Positions 39,099 to 47,268 of a stretch of 64,000 nt of DNA are shown in pieces; within the stretch, counting starts at the first letter, position 1, and the number at the start of each line of letters is the position of its first letter. The DNA lies in the IMG/VR virus record IMGVR_UViG_3300032285_003360, positions 37,770 to 101,769 of that record; one strand, given 5' to 3'. A program made the position numbers and the translations under genes. Under the pieces are notes generated by a model that saw nothing but the letters and a program-made list of their open reading frames with translations, did no database searches and was not told where the DNA came from. This DNA comes from a virus.

Positions 39099-39691
39099 AT
39101 TAAAACCTTTGTGTTTTTTTCGCCACGATATTTTTTACTAATATCTAAATAATCTTTAAAATATCGCTCATTATATGGACACTCAATTTCGTTTAAAAAT
39201 TCAATCATGTTTTCTTTATTATAAAATAAATCTTCATAATAGAAAATTTTTGACTGCTTAATTTCAGCGAGTTGGTGCATTTCGTTTTTAACATCTTGCA
39301 AAACCTTCAAACTCAATTCTAATTTTTGGGAATCCTTTTTTTCATCATACATATATTGTCCTTCCCACTTGTTACTAATTAAAGCAGATGAAAAACTTTC
39401 AGATTGTTTCTCAAGGTCTTTTCTACTTAAAAAAACTATTTTATCAAAATCATTAAAAACAATATCATAAAACTCATATCTTGTTATATTATTATATTCA
39501 CTTGGTATTTGTTTATATAATTGTTTAATAAAACAATCGTTATGTTTTAATACATCGCTATATGGAATTGATTCGTGTTTTAAAATGTTAAATGGTTCCA
39601 AATAAACACTATATTTTGGTTTAACCTTAAAAAAATATTTACCTAAGGATGTTGAACCCGTTCTTGGTTCAGCAATTAACATTATTCTCAT
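39095..39691 (-). CDS. sulfotransferase-like (P-loop) protein
   Basis: PRTGSTSL 5'-PSB motif, EPF, L.R......S, YEDL. Confidence 0.75.
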   Translation of the reverse strand: MRIMLIAEPRTGSTSLGKYFFKVKPKYSVYLEPFNILKHESIPYSDVLKHNDCFIKQLYKQIPSEYNNITRYEFYDIVFNDFDKIVFLSRKDLEKQSESFSSALISNKWEGQYMYDEKKDSQKLELSLKVLQDVKNEMHQLAEIKQSKIFYYEDLFYNKENMIEFLNEIECPYNERYFKDYLDISKKYRGEKNTKVLI

Positions 39692-40455
39692 ATAATCGTT
39701 TTTTTAGTTTGTGGTTCTAACCCTAACATACGAATAAATTCTTCATAAATCAAATGTTGTCTATAAGTTGTGTAATGATCCAAATCCCTTGCTTCTAATG
39801 AACCATCCTTACTCCAATTAATATCATCGTTTCTTAGAAGATAATAATTACACCCTATTTCCGATGCCAAATGTTTTATTGCGGAAATAAATGCAGTATC
39901 GATAAAAGATTGTTGGTCGTTGTTAACTAACGAATCTTCAATCAATGTTCCATATTGAACTTTCCATTCATCTTGATATTCATTGACTTTACAAATTGTT
40001 GGTTTACCGTTAATTATGAATTCGTATCTATAGTAATTTGGGAGGTAATGGAATATGTTTTTAATCTTTAACTCTTTATAATAACCAAGTAATAAACGAT
40101 AATGTGACATCACTCCAGTCCCGCCAATGGATAAGTTCCAAAACTTACCTCCGATTTGGTTGTTTACTTTATATGACCACACGTTTTCAAGATGGTGACC
40201 GACACCAAATGTATATGAACAACCTAAAAACACATTACCCTCATCAACCAAATTAAAATCATCAGGTGACCTGAAACCTTCATTGTTTAATGTGTATTTT
40301 ATTGGGTTTTCTAAATAATATTTTAAACTTTCGTTGTTGGGATATCTCTTTAAATTGGATATGAAATTCTCCTCTTCGTTTTGTGTAATCCAATTGTATG
40401 TTGTGTTAGGTGAATATTTCTCCCAACCGCACCTGTCTTTATAAATGGGAATCAT
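39688..40455 (-). CDS. SGNH/GDSL-like protein
   Basis: N..GFR, FLGCSYTFG.G, NLSIGG, ARDLDH. Confidence 0.65.
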   Translation of the reverse strand: MIPIYKDRCGWEKYSPNTTYNWITQNEEENFISNLKRYPNNESLKYYLENPIKYTLNNEGFRSPDDFNLVDEGNVFLGCSYTFGVGHHLENVWSYKVNNQIGGKFWNLSIGGTGVMSHYRLLLGYYKELKIKNIFHYLPNYYRYEFIINGKPTICKVNEYQDEWKVQYGTLIEDSLVNNDQQSFIDTAFISAIKHLASEIGCNYYLLRNDDINWSKDGSLEARDLDHYTTYRQHLIYEEFIRMLGLEPQTKKTII

Positions 40456-41000
40456 ATAAAACTTTTCTTTGTGATGGGTTTTACATTCTCATTGACAATT
40501 GCGATAATCATTGATTTCCTTTCCCCAGATGTTATTATTTCAACTTCATGTGGTGTTTCAGGTGTTATAGCTAAAAAACTACCAATTTCTTTACTCATTG
40601 GTATTGGTTGGTCGTTAACATAAGATAAGAACTGGCCACCTTCGTAATCTGTTTGATTTGATAATTGAACAATACACACACAAAATCTGTTATGTTCAAA
40701 TGGGTCGGAATCAATATGTTTACTGATAAAATTACCATCATTATATTTGTATATTTCAAATGGTAAAACATCGACATCTATTTTATACCCAAGTTCATTA
40801 AATGATTCGTTAATTTTCTTAAACAATAAATCATCTTTTGTTATTGAAGCATTTGTTACAAAACTATTTCGTTTTTTTAAATTATACCCAACTTCATTGT
40901 TATTTCCCGCTTTAAAATAAGACTGCACGAATTGTCCACCCAATCCTCTTAGATATTGACATTCGGATTCGTCAAATAGTTTTTTCTCAAATAAAATCAT
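40452..41000 (-). CDS. 2OG-Fe(II) oxygenase (PKHD/prolyl-hydroxylase-like)
   Basis: Y..G.F...HID, QLS...YEGG, HEV..I.SG.R.S. Confidence 0.85.
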   Translation of the reverse strand: MILFEKKLFDESECQYLRGLGGQFVQSYFKAGNNNEVGYNLKKRNSFVTNASITKDDLLFKKINESFNELGYKIDVDVLPFEIYKYNDGNFISKHIDSDPFEHNRFCVCIVQLSNQTDYEGGQFLSYVNDQPIPMSKEIGSFLAITPETPHEVEIITSGERKSMIIAIVNENVKPITKKSFI

Positions 41001-41009
41001 AAAATAAAA

Positions 41010-41150
41010 TTATGAATGAGCTGCTTTCAAATATGATATAAAATTCGCAATAGTTTGTGCAACTTTTGCTTTATCGCTTGTTGAAACCGGCTTAACTGTT
41101 CTATTTTTTAAATCTTCTAAATTAACTGATTTATAAACGTTTATAGACAT
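41010..41150 (-). CDS. 46-aa peptide (not in ORF track)
   Basis: MSINVYKSVNLEDLKNRTVKPVSTSDKAKVAQTIANFISYLKAAHS*; fills the gap between the Hint protein and the oxygenase, with an A-rich leader. Confidence 0.7.
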   Translation of the reverse strand: MSINVYKSVNLEDLKNRTVKPVSTSDKAKVAQTIANFISYLKAAHS

Positions 41151-41161
41151 TTTCTTTGATT

Positions 41162-43024
41162 TTAAACTTTGTTATGGACTAATATTCCATTAGCATAGAA
41201 ATTATGGTTATCTTCAACCGAAATGATATATGTTTGAACATCTTCTGTTGGTAATTCCTCTATTGAAGATATTGCTGTTTGACTAACACCATTTGTTACG
41301 TAAACCAAATTACCAACTTGAATTTTATTAATTTCTCTACCTAAATCATATCTCTCAGTTGTTAATTCAGGTGCATATGACGCTAAATTAAAACCATGGG
41401 TATAATATGGGTGGTCAAAAGTAGATGTTACCTCTGTTTGGTTTGAAAATTTATATTTAACCATGTCGTTATGGATTGGTTGTTTTAATCCAATAACTTT
41501 TTTAGGTTCGTTAGTTTTAGTTTCTTCATTAAATGACATAACCTCATCACCAATTACCACATCTTCAATGTTCTTTTGTGTGTTGTCACCCATTGTCACC
41601 TCAGTGCCAGCAGGGAAACAAGCACCACCTCTGATTACGTTGTGAGATACTAATCTAATGATTTTAGAACCACCAACTAAGAAAGTATCCACATCTTCCA
41701 TATTAGGTGAATAAAGCTTCTCAGTTGTTTCTAAAATTTGAATATCAACGCTAACAATCGGAACAAGGTTTCCTGTTGCATCAAAAACAGAATAGTTTGT
41801 TGTTAATATATTACACGGAACATACTTAATTGCGTCATCTGATGCACTATATACTAACAATCTTGTTGCACCACCAATTCTTACAAATTCATCGTCAGGG
41901 AATGTTATTTTGGTTATTTCATTTGCGAATGGTTCCCATTCAAACAAATAAATTAACACAGAAGTTGAGCCACTTGAACCTTCAGGTAATGTGCTCCCTG
42001 AGAAACTCCATGTGTCTAATAAATCATCATCATCCGTGTTTGGTGAACCATTTACAAAATATGATGGATATGAGTCACCTTCAACCATTGTTGATATTGG
42101 TATTTCATTACCATTGATATCTACAACTGTTTCATCAGCTAATAAACCGTGTCTTTCATTTTTGATAATATTTGTTGCAAATTCATAGTAATGTTTAACA
42201 TCTATTTTATTCGCAATTACTGTGTCATCATATTCCACTGAACTTGGCATGTTGAAAACAGCGTCAACTTCATATTCTGCAACATCACAAATATCCAAAT
42301 TAGGACCATAAACAATCTTAAATGATCTTACGGATGTGATTGCGTTATTTGTTAGTTGGTCAGATGAAACATGGTATTGTTCAATAACGTTATCTTGAGT
42401 TGCTGCACTATTTAAAAAATCAGCATATCTATCGCCCGTTGATAATTCGGATTTACCTATTTTATAGAATGGAAATGATTTATGGTCAACCACAACTGGT
42501 TTAATAACCATATCAGGAACATTAGATGGATTCAACGATGTTGTATCTAAAGTATTATATTGACCGTATGTTGTCGATGAGTGATAGAAATTCACAATTG
42601 ATTGGGCATCTCCACTATCTGCGAATAATTTTAAAAGGTTTAAAGTCCCTTTTGCATATTCTGAGTCTAAAATCGCTGTTTCATCGTATGCAAATCTTAA
42701 AATAAACTTGTTTACATCATCTGCAGGGGATTGTGGGAAAATGGAATCACCTGGAACCACAATTGGCTCAATAGTGGTTACAAATGGTGCTGACGCCATT
42801 AAGGTATCAGTTAAATGCTTAACAATGTTAGCATGTAACCCAATTTTGTATATCAAAACCACGTGGTTTATGTTGTTATCGGATAAGATTTGGATAAGAT
42901 TTGTGTAATCGAAAAAATTGGTTACACTACCATATCCTGCAGAAGTGTCGGTATTAATTTCCAATAATCTTAGGTCTCCATTGGAGTCTCTGACGAAATC
43001 GGAAGAAAAGAATGTTCCTTTCAT
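41162..43024 (-). CDS. circularly permuted ATP-grasp-like domain + tandem Hint (intein-like) domains
   Basis: N-term SDF....G.LRLLEINT, VIKP, VIEQY; Hint1 res. 293-462 (GLLADETV...VSHN); Hint2 res. 469-618 (CFPAGTEV..T.DHP..NHNFYANGILVHN). Confidence 0.8.
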   Translation of the reverse strand: MKGTFFSSDFVRDSNGDLRLLEINTDTSAGYGSVTNFFDYTNLIQILSDNNINHVVLIYKIGLHANIVKHLTDTLMASAPFVTTIEPIVVPGDSIFPQSPADDVNKFILRFAYDETAILDSEYAKGTLNLLKLFADSGDAQSIVNFYHSSTTYGQYNTLDTTSLNPSNVPDMVIKPVVVDHKSFPFYKIGKSELSTGDRYADFLNSAATQDNVIEQYHVSSDQLTNNAITSVRSFKIVYGPNLDICDVAEYEVDAVFNMPSSVEYDDTVIANKIDVKHYYEFATNIIKNERHGLLADETVVDINGNEIPISTMVEGDSYPSYFVNGSPNTDDDDLLDTWSFSGSTLPEGSSGSTSVLIYLFEWEPFANEITKITFPDDEFVRIGGATRLLVYSASDDAIKYVPCNILTTNYSVFDATGNLVPIVSVDIQILETTEKLYSPNMEDVDTFLVGGSKIIRLVSHNVIRGGACFPAGTEVTMGDNTQKNIEDVVIGDEVMSFNEETKTNEPKKVIGLKQPIHNDMVKYKFSNQTEVTSTFDHPYYTHGFNLASYAPELTTERYDLGREINKIQVGNLVYVTNGVSQTAISSIEELPTEDVQTYIISVEDNHNFYANGILVHNKV

Positions 43025-43055
43025 ATGTTGTTTCTTTAATGTTTATATATAAATA

Positions 43056-43790
43056 TTAGATTAATCTTTTAGTTTCTGGTGAGGGTATTTTAATCTTATA
43101 CTTAACCCTACCCGCATAATGTCTATAATATTGGTTTTGGTTACCCAAAAACTCAGATAACGGACTAAAGGCCACCCTCGCATTTTTGGTCAAAATAGTT
43201 AAGATATATTGGGCTCCCACCGATGTGTGATCTAAACTTAACCTATCCCCATTATCTTTTATAAATTGATTAAATTGTTTCCAATAATCAACATACTGTT
43301 TTTTTAGTGTTTCATTGGTAATCCTGAGTAAACCGCAATTAAACACTTTTTCCGCCCTCTTTGCGTCAAATAATGGGATTACGTCATTTACCCCAATACC
43401 GTTAAGTTCTTTAATTGGATCACCGTAAGTATCGGCCCAATAATTGGTTTCAAATGCGTCAAATGTTACGTCAACATCCAACACAGGTAATCTTGAACTC
43501 AGGATTACATCCCCATCAATTAGGTAAAAATCATCGGTTCTTTCTTCCAAAACCTTAATTTTAAAACTGTCAAATAATGGGGAGTCTTCATAATTCTCAG
43601 CCGTTATTATTTCATCCACATATTCTTGAAACAGCTCCGCCCTATCTTGATTTGTGTATAAAATGGTATTATAACCTAATTTCTTGGCAGATGCAATAGA
43701 AGTCCTATATAAGTCAATTAAGACGTTATAATGTCGATTCTCCATACCATCTCTACGAACGTTAAAGTTATATGTCCAAATTAGATTCAT
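43056..43790 (-). CDS. GT-A-like (DxD) nucleotide-sugar transferase, paralog A
   Basis: LYTN, K..VL, LIDGDVIL, FNCG, Y.HY.G..K. Confidence 0.55.
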   Translation of the reverse strand: MNLIWTYNFNVRRDGMENRHYNVLIDLYRTSIASAKKLGYNTILYTNQDRAELFQEYVDEIITAENYEDSPLFDSFKIKVLEERTDDFYLIDGDVILSSRLPVLDVDVTFDAFETNYWADTYGDPIKELNGIGVNDVIPLFDAKRAEKVFNCGLLRITNETLKKQYVDYWKQFNQFIKDNGDRLSLDHTSVGAQYILTILTKNARVAFSPLSEFLGNQNQYYRHYAGRVKYKIKIPSPETKRLI

Positions 43791-43795
43791 ATTGT

Positions 43796-44548
43796 TTAAA
43801 ATAACCTTTTATCTCCAATAAATGGAGGTTTTACTGAAAACTTTATTTTACCAACATAATGTCTATAATAATCATTTTCTTCACCAAGTATTTTAGATAA
43901 CGGATAAACCGTGGAGTCCATTTCTTTAGCTATCATCGTTAGAATATATTGACCCGCAACCAATGTTTGGTCTTTGTTTAATAATTGGCCATTGGTTTTT
44001 ACAAAACTGTTAAACCTTTTCCAGTAATCAACGTAAACATCTTTTAGCTTTTTATTAGTAATTCTTAATAAACCACAATTGAAGATTTTATCCTCACCAT
44101 TGAATATTTTTTCCGCCTTTTCGTTGAATATTGGAAGAGTGTCGTTGATATTCAATTTTAGTAGTTCTTTTATTTGGTCACCATATGTGTGTTTCCAAAA
44201 TTCAGCCTCATAAGCGTCAAATGTTATATCAACATCCATTTCTGGTATTCTTGAATTTAAAATGACGTCTCCATCGATTAAATAAAAATCGTCATTTCTA
44301 TCCTCTAAAACTTTAATTTTAAAACTATCGAATAATGGTGAACCCTCATAATCCTCCACAGTGATGATTTCATCAACATAGGGTTTAAAGATATGTGAAT
44401 GCGTGCTATTTGTGTAAATTATGGTATGATAACCTAATTTTTTTGCGGTGGTAATTGATAATTTATAAAATTCGGTTAAAACCTCCGAATGCCATTTCTT
44501 CATACCATCCATATTCACATTAAAGTTATATGTCCATATTAATTTCAT
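43796..44548 (-). CDS. GT-A-like (DxD) nucleotide-sugar transferase, paralog B (start re-assigned to 44548)
   Basis: highly similar to 43056-43790 (M.LIWTYNFNV, SPLFDSFKIKVLE, LIDGDVIL). Confidence 0.55.
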   Translation of the reverse strand: MKLIWTYNFNVNMDGMKKWHSEVLTEFYKLSITTAKKLGYHTIIYTNSTHSHIFKPYVDEIITVEDYEGSPLFDSFKIKVLEDRNDDFYLIDGDVILNSRIPEMDVDITFDAYEAEFWKHTYGDQIKELLKLNINDTLPIFNEKAEKIFNGEDKIFNCGLLRITNKKLKDVYVDYWKRFNSFVKTNGQLLNKDQTLVAGQYILTMIAKEMDSTVYPLSKILGEENDYYRHYVGKIKFSVKPPFIGDKRLF

Positions 44549-45021
44549 ATAAACTTTTGTGTTGGTGGTTTTGTCTCTAATATGTCGTTTAGGAAATCTT
44601 GTTTTGATGAACCAACCAAAGCCCATCTTAAACCTTTGTGTTCGGTGATTCGATGCATCTCATTCTCATTAAAATAAACTAACATCCCTTTTACCGGTTT
44701 AACAACTATGCCGTTTGTGAATTCCAATAACCCACCTTCAAATTCTTCGTTTAAGTATATGATAAAATTATATGGGTTAAAATGATTATGAAAAACAGGG
44801 TTTTGATTTATACTATCATCATATTTTTGCAACCTCAACGCCTCAAACTTTTTTGTTTTAAAAAAATTGTTTTTTGCGGTTATGTTATCCTTTTTTAAAT
44901 TTAAATCATTAAAATAAAAATATGCACCAATATTGGAATACTTTATGGTGTCATCTTCCCACATTGATAGAATTTGATTAATATCATCATCATTAAGAAA
45001 TTTCTCAACTATTAAAATCAT
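44545..45021 (-). CDS. 2OG-Fe(II) oxygenase
   Basis: H.H, IYLNEEFEGG.L.F, KP.KG...F, HR, R.ALVG. Confidence 0.8.
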   Translation of the reverse strand: MILIVEKFLNDDDINQILSMWEDDTIKYSNIGAYFYFNDLNLKKDNITAKNNFFKTKKFEALRLQKYDDSINQNPVFHNHFNPYNFIIYLNEEFEGGLLEFTNGIVVKPVKGMLVYFNENEMHRITEHKGLRWALVGSSKQDFLNDILETKPPTQKFI

Positions 45022-45479
45022 ATTAATCCTTTGCTTTCTTTATTAAATAAATCTTCTCTTAAAAATCCAATTAAAGTGAATCTATTACCAAATGTTGATT
45101 CAACTCTATGTCTTTCGTCTCCCGTAAAATACACCATTGTTCCCTTTTTAGGTTTTATTGGTTCTTTATCTAAAAACACTAATTCACCACCATTAAATTC
45201 TTCATTTAAAAAAATTGAAAAGGAATATGGTTCTGTATGTGCGTGGTAATATTCTACTTGGTTTATTGACTCATCCACTAACTGTATTCTTAATGAGTTG
45301 TATGATTTTCTTGATTTGAGAATTTCAGGAACATTAAGCTTATCTATGATTGGTAATAAATCAATCCCTTTAAATCGATATATTTCATCATTAACTTTAT
45401 AGAATACCTTATCATCCCATAAAGATAACACATGAGTTATTTGTTCATTATTTAAAAAATTATCAATAAATCTAATCAT
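45018..45479 (-). CDS. 2OG-Fe(II) oxygenase
   Basis: HAH, IFLNEEFNGGEL.F, PKKGT, HRV, R.TLIG; paralog of 44545-45021. Confidence 0.8.
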   Translation of the reverse strand: MIRFIDNFLNNEQITHVLSLWDDKVFYKVNDEIYRFKGIDLLPIIDKLNVPEILKSRKSYNSLRIQLVDESINQVEYYHAHTEPYSFSIFLNEEFNGGELVFLDKEPIKPKKGTMVYFTGDERHRVESTFGNRFTLIGFLREDLFNKESKGLI

Positions 45480-45480
45480 T

Positions 45481-45693
45481 TTAATCTTTTTTAAGCCCGT
45501 ATTTCACCCATTTATACCAAACCCTTTCATGGATGTAATATTGAATTGGTTTCCATACAAGTTCAGCTACACCAAATGCTGCGCCCCATTTAACTGAACC
45601 AGTAACAGCCCACATTGTTAAAAACCCGATAGTTGTGCTGATTATTCTATATGATATTGTTTTAGCAATATGTCTTTTTCTTTGAACTATCAT
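45481..45693 (-). CDS. DUF2061-family small membrane protein
   Basis: RH.AKT.SYR...K...YY.HER.W. Confidence 0.85.
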   Translation of the reverse strand: MIVQRKRHIAKTISYRIISTTIGFLTMWAVTGSVKWGAAFGVAELVWKPIQYYIHERVWYKWVKYGLKKD

Positions 45694-46295
45694 AATAATG
45701 TTTTTTTAATTTTTCCTTTGTAATGAAAATTATTACCATTGAATTTGGTGTATGTTATTTTAAAATCATTTCTTTTACCATAAGGTAATGATTTTAGGTC
45801 ATCTTCATTTAAAAGAAAATCAATTGTCTCAAATCTTTGGTCGGGTTTATCATAATGAAAGAATGCAACAATACAATTATCATTACATTTATCGATTATG
45901 TTATTTAAAAAAATGGGTAAATTACCATCTCTATGTGTGTCATGTAATATACCATCAAATTTTTCTGTAAGTGTTGGTAGAATGTCAATCCAATCACCCA
46001 ATATTATTTTAACATTCATTTTATCTTTAGCCCATTCAAGTGCTCTTTGATAAATTTCAGGATGAACTTCAATTATTGTATGAGATTTAACATTTGGATT
46101 GGCTTGGACTGCGTCAGCAGATAAATGTAAACCAAATCCTAACTCTAAAATATCGCCACCGTTTTGTGTTGCAACTTCCGCAAGTTTATTCATTAGTTCT
46201 CTTTCCCCGTTATGCATTATAGCTTCACCCTTACCCATTGTTGATTCAATGTAAATGGCGTCTTCAGTAAAAACTAATTTTTCTTTTCCGTTCAT
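45690..46295 (-). CDS. guanidinoacetate/RMT2-like class I methyltransferase
   Basis: M...E..LM, GGDILELGFG, HTIIE.HP, GDW, FDGILHDT. Confidence 0.8.
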   Translation of the reverse strand: MNGKEKLVFTEDAIYIESTMGKGEAIMHNGERELMNKLAEVATQNGGDILELGFGLHLSADAVQANPNVKSHTIIEVHPEIYQRALEWAKDKMNVKIILGDWIDILPTLTEKFDGILHDTHRDGNLPIFLNNIIDKCNDNCIVAFFHYDKPDQRFETIDFLLNEDDLKSLPYGKRNDFKITYTKFNGNNFHYKGKIKKTLL

Positions 46296-46679
46296 TTAAT
46301 CATTAAGATTAGGATACTCAATTAAATCACCATTGGAATCAATATATCCATTTCTAATTTGTGTTCCACTTATTTTAGATATGTCAGCAGGTGGTTCGTG
46401 ATAAATAACATCATATCCAACACCTCTACCATAATTTATCGATTCAATATCAGGTATAATTGATATTTGTATTTTATGTGAATTTTCCTTAAAAAATGGC
46501 TCGTCCGCTAATTCCATCATAACTTGTTGAGCTGTTTTAGGGTTATTTTCATCTGTTGGGACGTTTCTAATGGCAACCCAAATGTCTTTTCCCTTTTCTA
46601 ATTGTTGGTTAAGGAGCCACTCGTGACCCTTATGCCAGTTTTGCCATCGGCCCACATAAAGTGCATACTTTTTACTCAT
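46296..46679 (-). CDS. HxGH nucleotidyltransferase (cytidylyltransferase-like; candidate minimal ATP sulfurylase)
   Basis: GRWQNWHKGH, YGR.VGY, ISGT.IR. Confidence 0.75.
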   Translation of the reverse strand: MSKKYALYVGRWQNWHKGHEWLLNQQLEKGKDIWVAIRNVPTDENNPKTAQQVMMELADEPFFKENSHKIQISIIPDIESINYGRGVGYDVIYHEPPADISKISGTQIRNGYIDSNGDLIEYPNLND

Positions 46680-46680
46680 A

Positions 46681-47112
46681 TTATAGTGATTTTCTTATTT
46701 TTTGAAATGATTCGTATTGGTCTTCATTTGTTGTATCAATATTAACATAATTATCCAAGGGTGGTTCGTAATTTTGAACGTGGAATTCTTCTCGACCTCT
46801 AATATCTGTGGTATGAATATAAAATTCTTTAATGTCATTACCCATCTTAGATTTAAAGGACTCCCTTTGGTCTCGATATGGTGACACTAAAGATACAATT
46901 GCTGTTAATTTCTTATGATGTAAGAATAGAGCCAAATCTTGTGCTCTTTCGATATTCTTTCTTCTACCTTCTTCAGAATAATCCTTATTTTGATAAACAT
47001 CTCTAATATCATCGCCATCAATAATAATGGCGTTATTGTAAAAATGGGCTTTTAACCATTCAGCTAATGTTGTTTTACCTGCACCAGGTTGTCCTGTTAA
47101 CCATATAATCAT
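46681..47112 (-). CDS. cysC: adenylyl-sulfate (APS) kinase
   Basis: IWLTGQPGAGKTT, DGD.IR, YS.EGR..N, SLVSPY..R, YEPP. Confidence 0.88.
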   Translation of the reverse strand: MIIWLTGQPGAGKTTLAEWLKAHFYNNAIIIDGDDIRDVYQNKDYSEEGRRKNIERAQDLALFLHHKKLTAIVSLVSPYRDQRESFKSKMGNDIKEFYIHTTDIRGREEFHVQNYEPPLDNYVNIDTTNEDQYESFQKIRKSL

Positions 47113-47116
47113 AGTA

Positions 47117-47148
47117 ATAATATACCAAAAAATATTGGAAATATCAAA
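47117..47148 (-). promoter_or_regulatory. Bacteroidota-type promoter TTTG-N20-TATATTAT (leaderless)
   Basis: caaa 47145-47148 and ataatata 47117-47124; ATG at 47112. Confidence 0.6.
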
Positions 47149-47150
47149 TT

Positions 47151-47267
47151 TTAATGATTATAAATAAATGGGTCTTTTTTACGCAATTCTTCTAATTTCT
47201 TCTTAAAACGCTTTTTGCGTTTATAGTTTTCAATTTTTTCTTTAACCCAATTAATTAGTTTTTTCAT
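47151..47267 (-). CDS. 38-aa basic peptide ending DPFIYNH (not in ORF track)
   Basis: MKKLINWVKEKIENYKRKKRFKKKLEELRKKDPFIYNH*; 1 nt downstream of the carbamoyltransferase. Confidence 0.7.
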   Translation of the reverse strand: MKKLINWVKEKIENYKRKKRFKKKLEELRKKDPFIYNH

Positions 47268-47268
47268 G

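Noticed and set aside
41171-41620. Hint2 as a conventional mobile intein
   Set aside because: There is no homing endonuclease, the +1 residue is Lys rather than Cys/Ser/Thr, and the C-extein is 2 aa. It fits a BIL/Hedgehog-type processing domain better.
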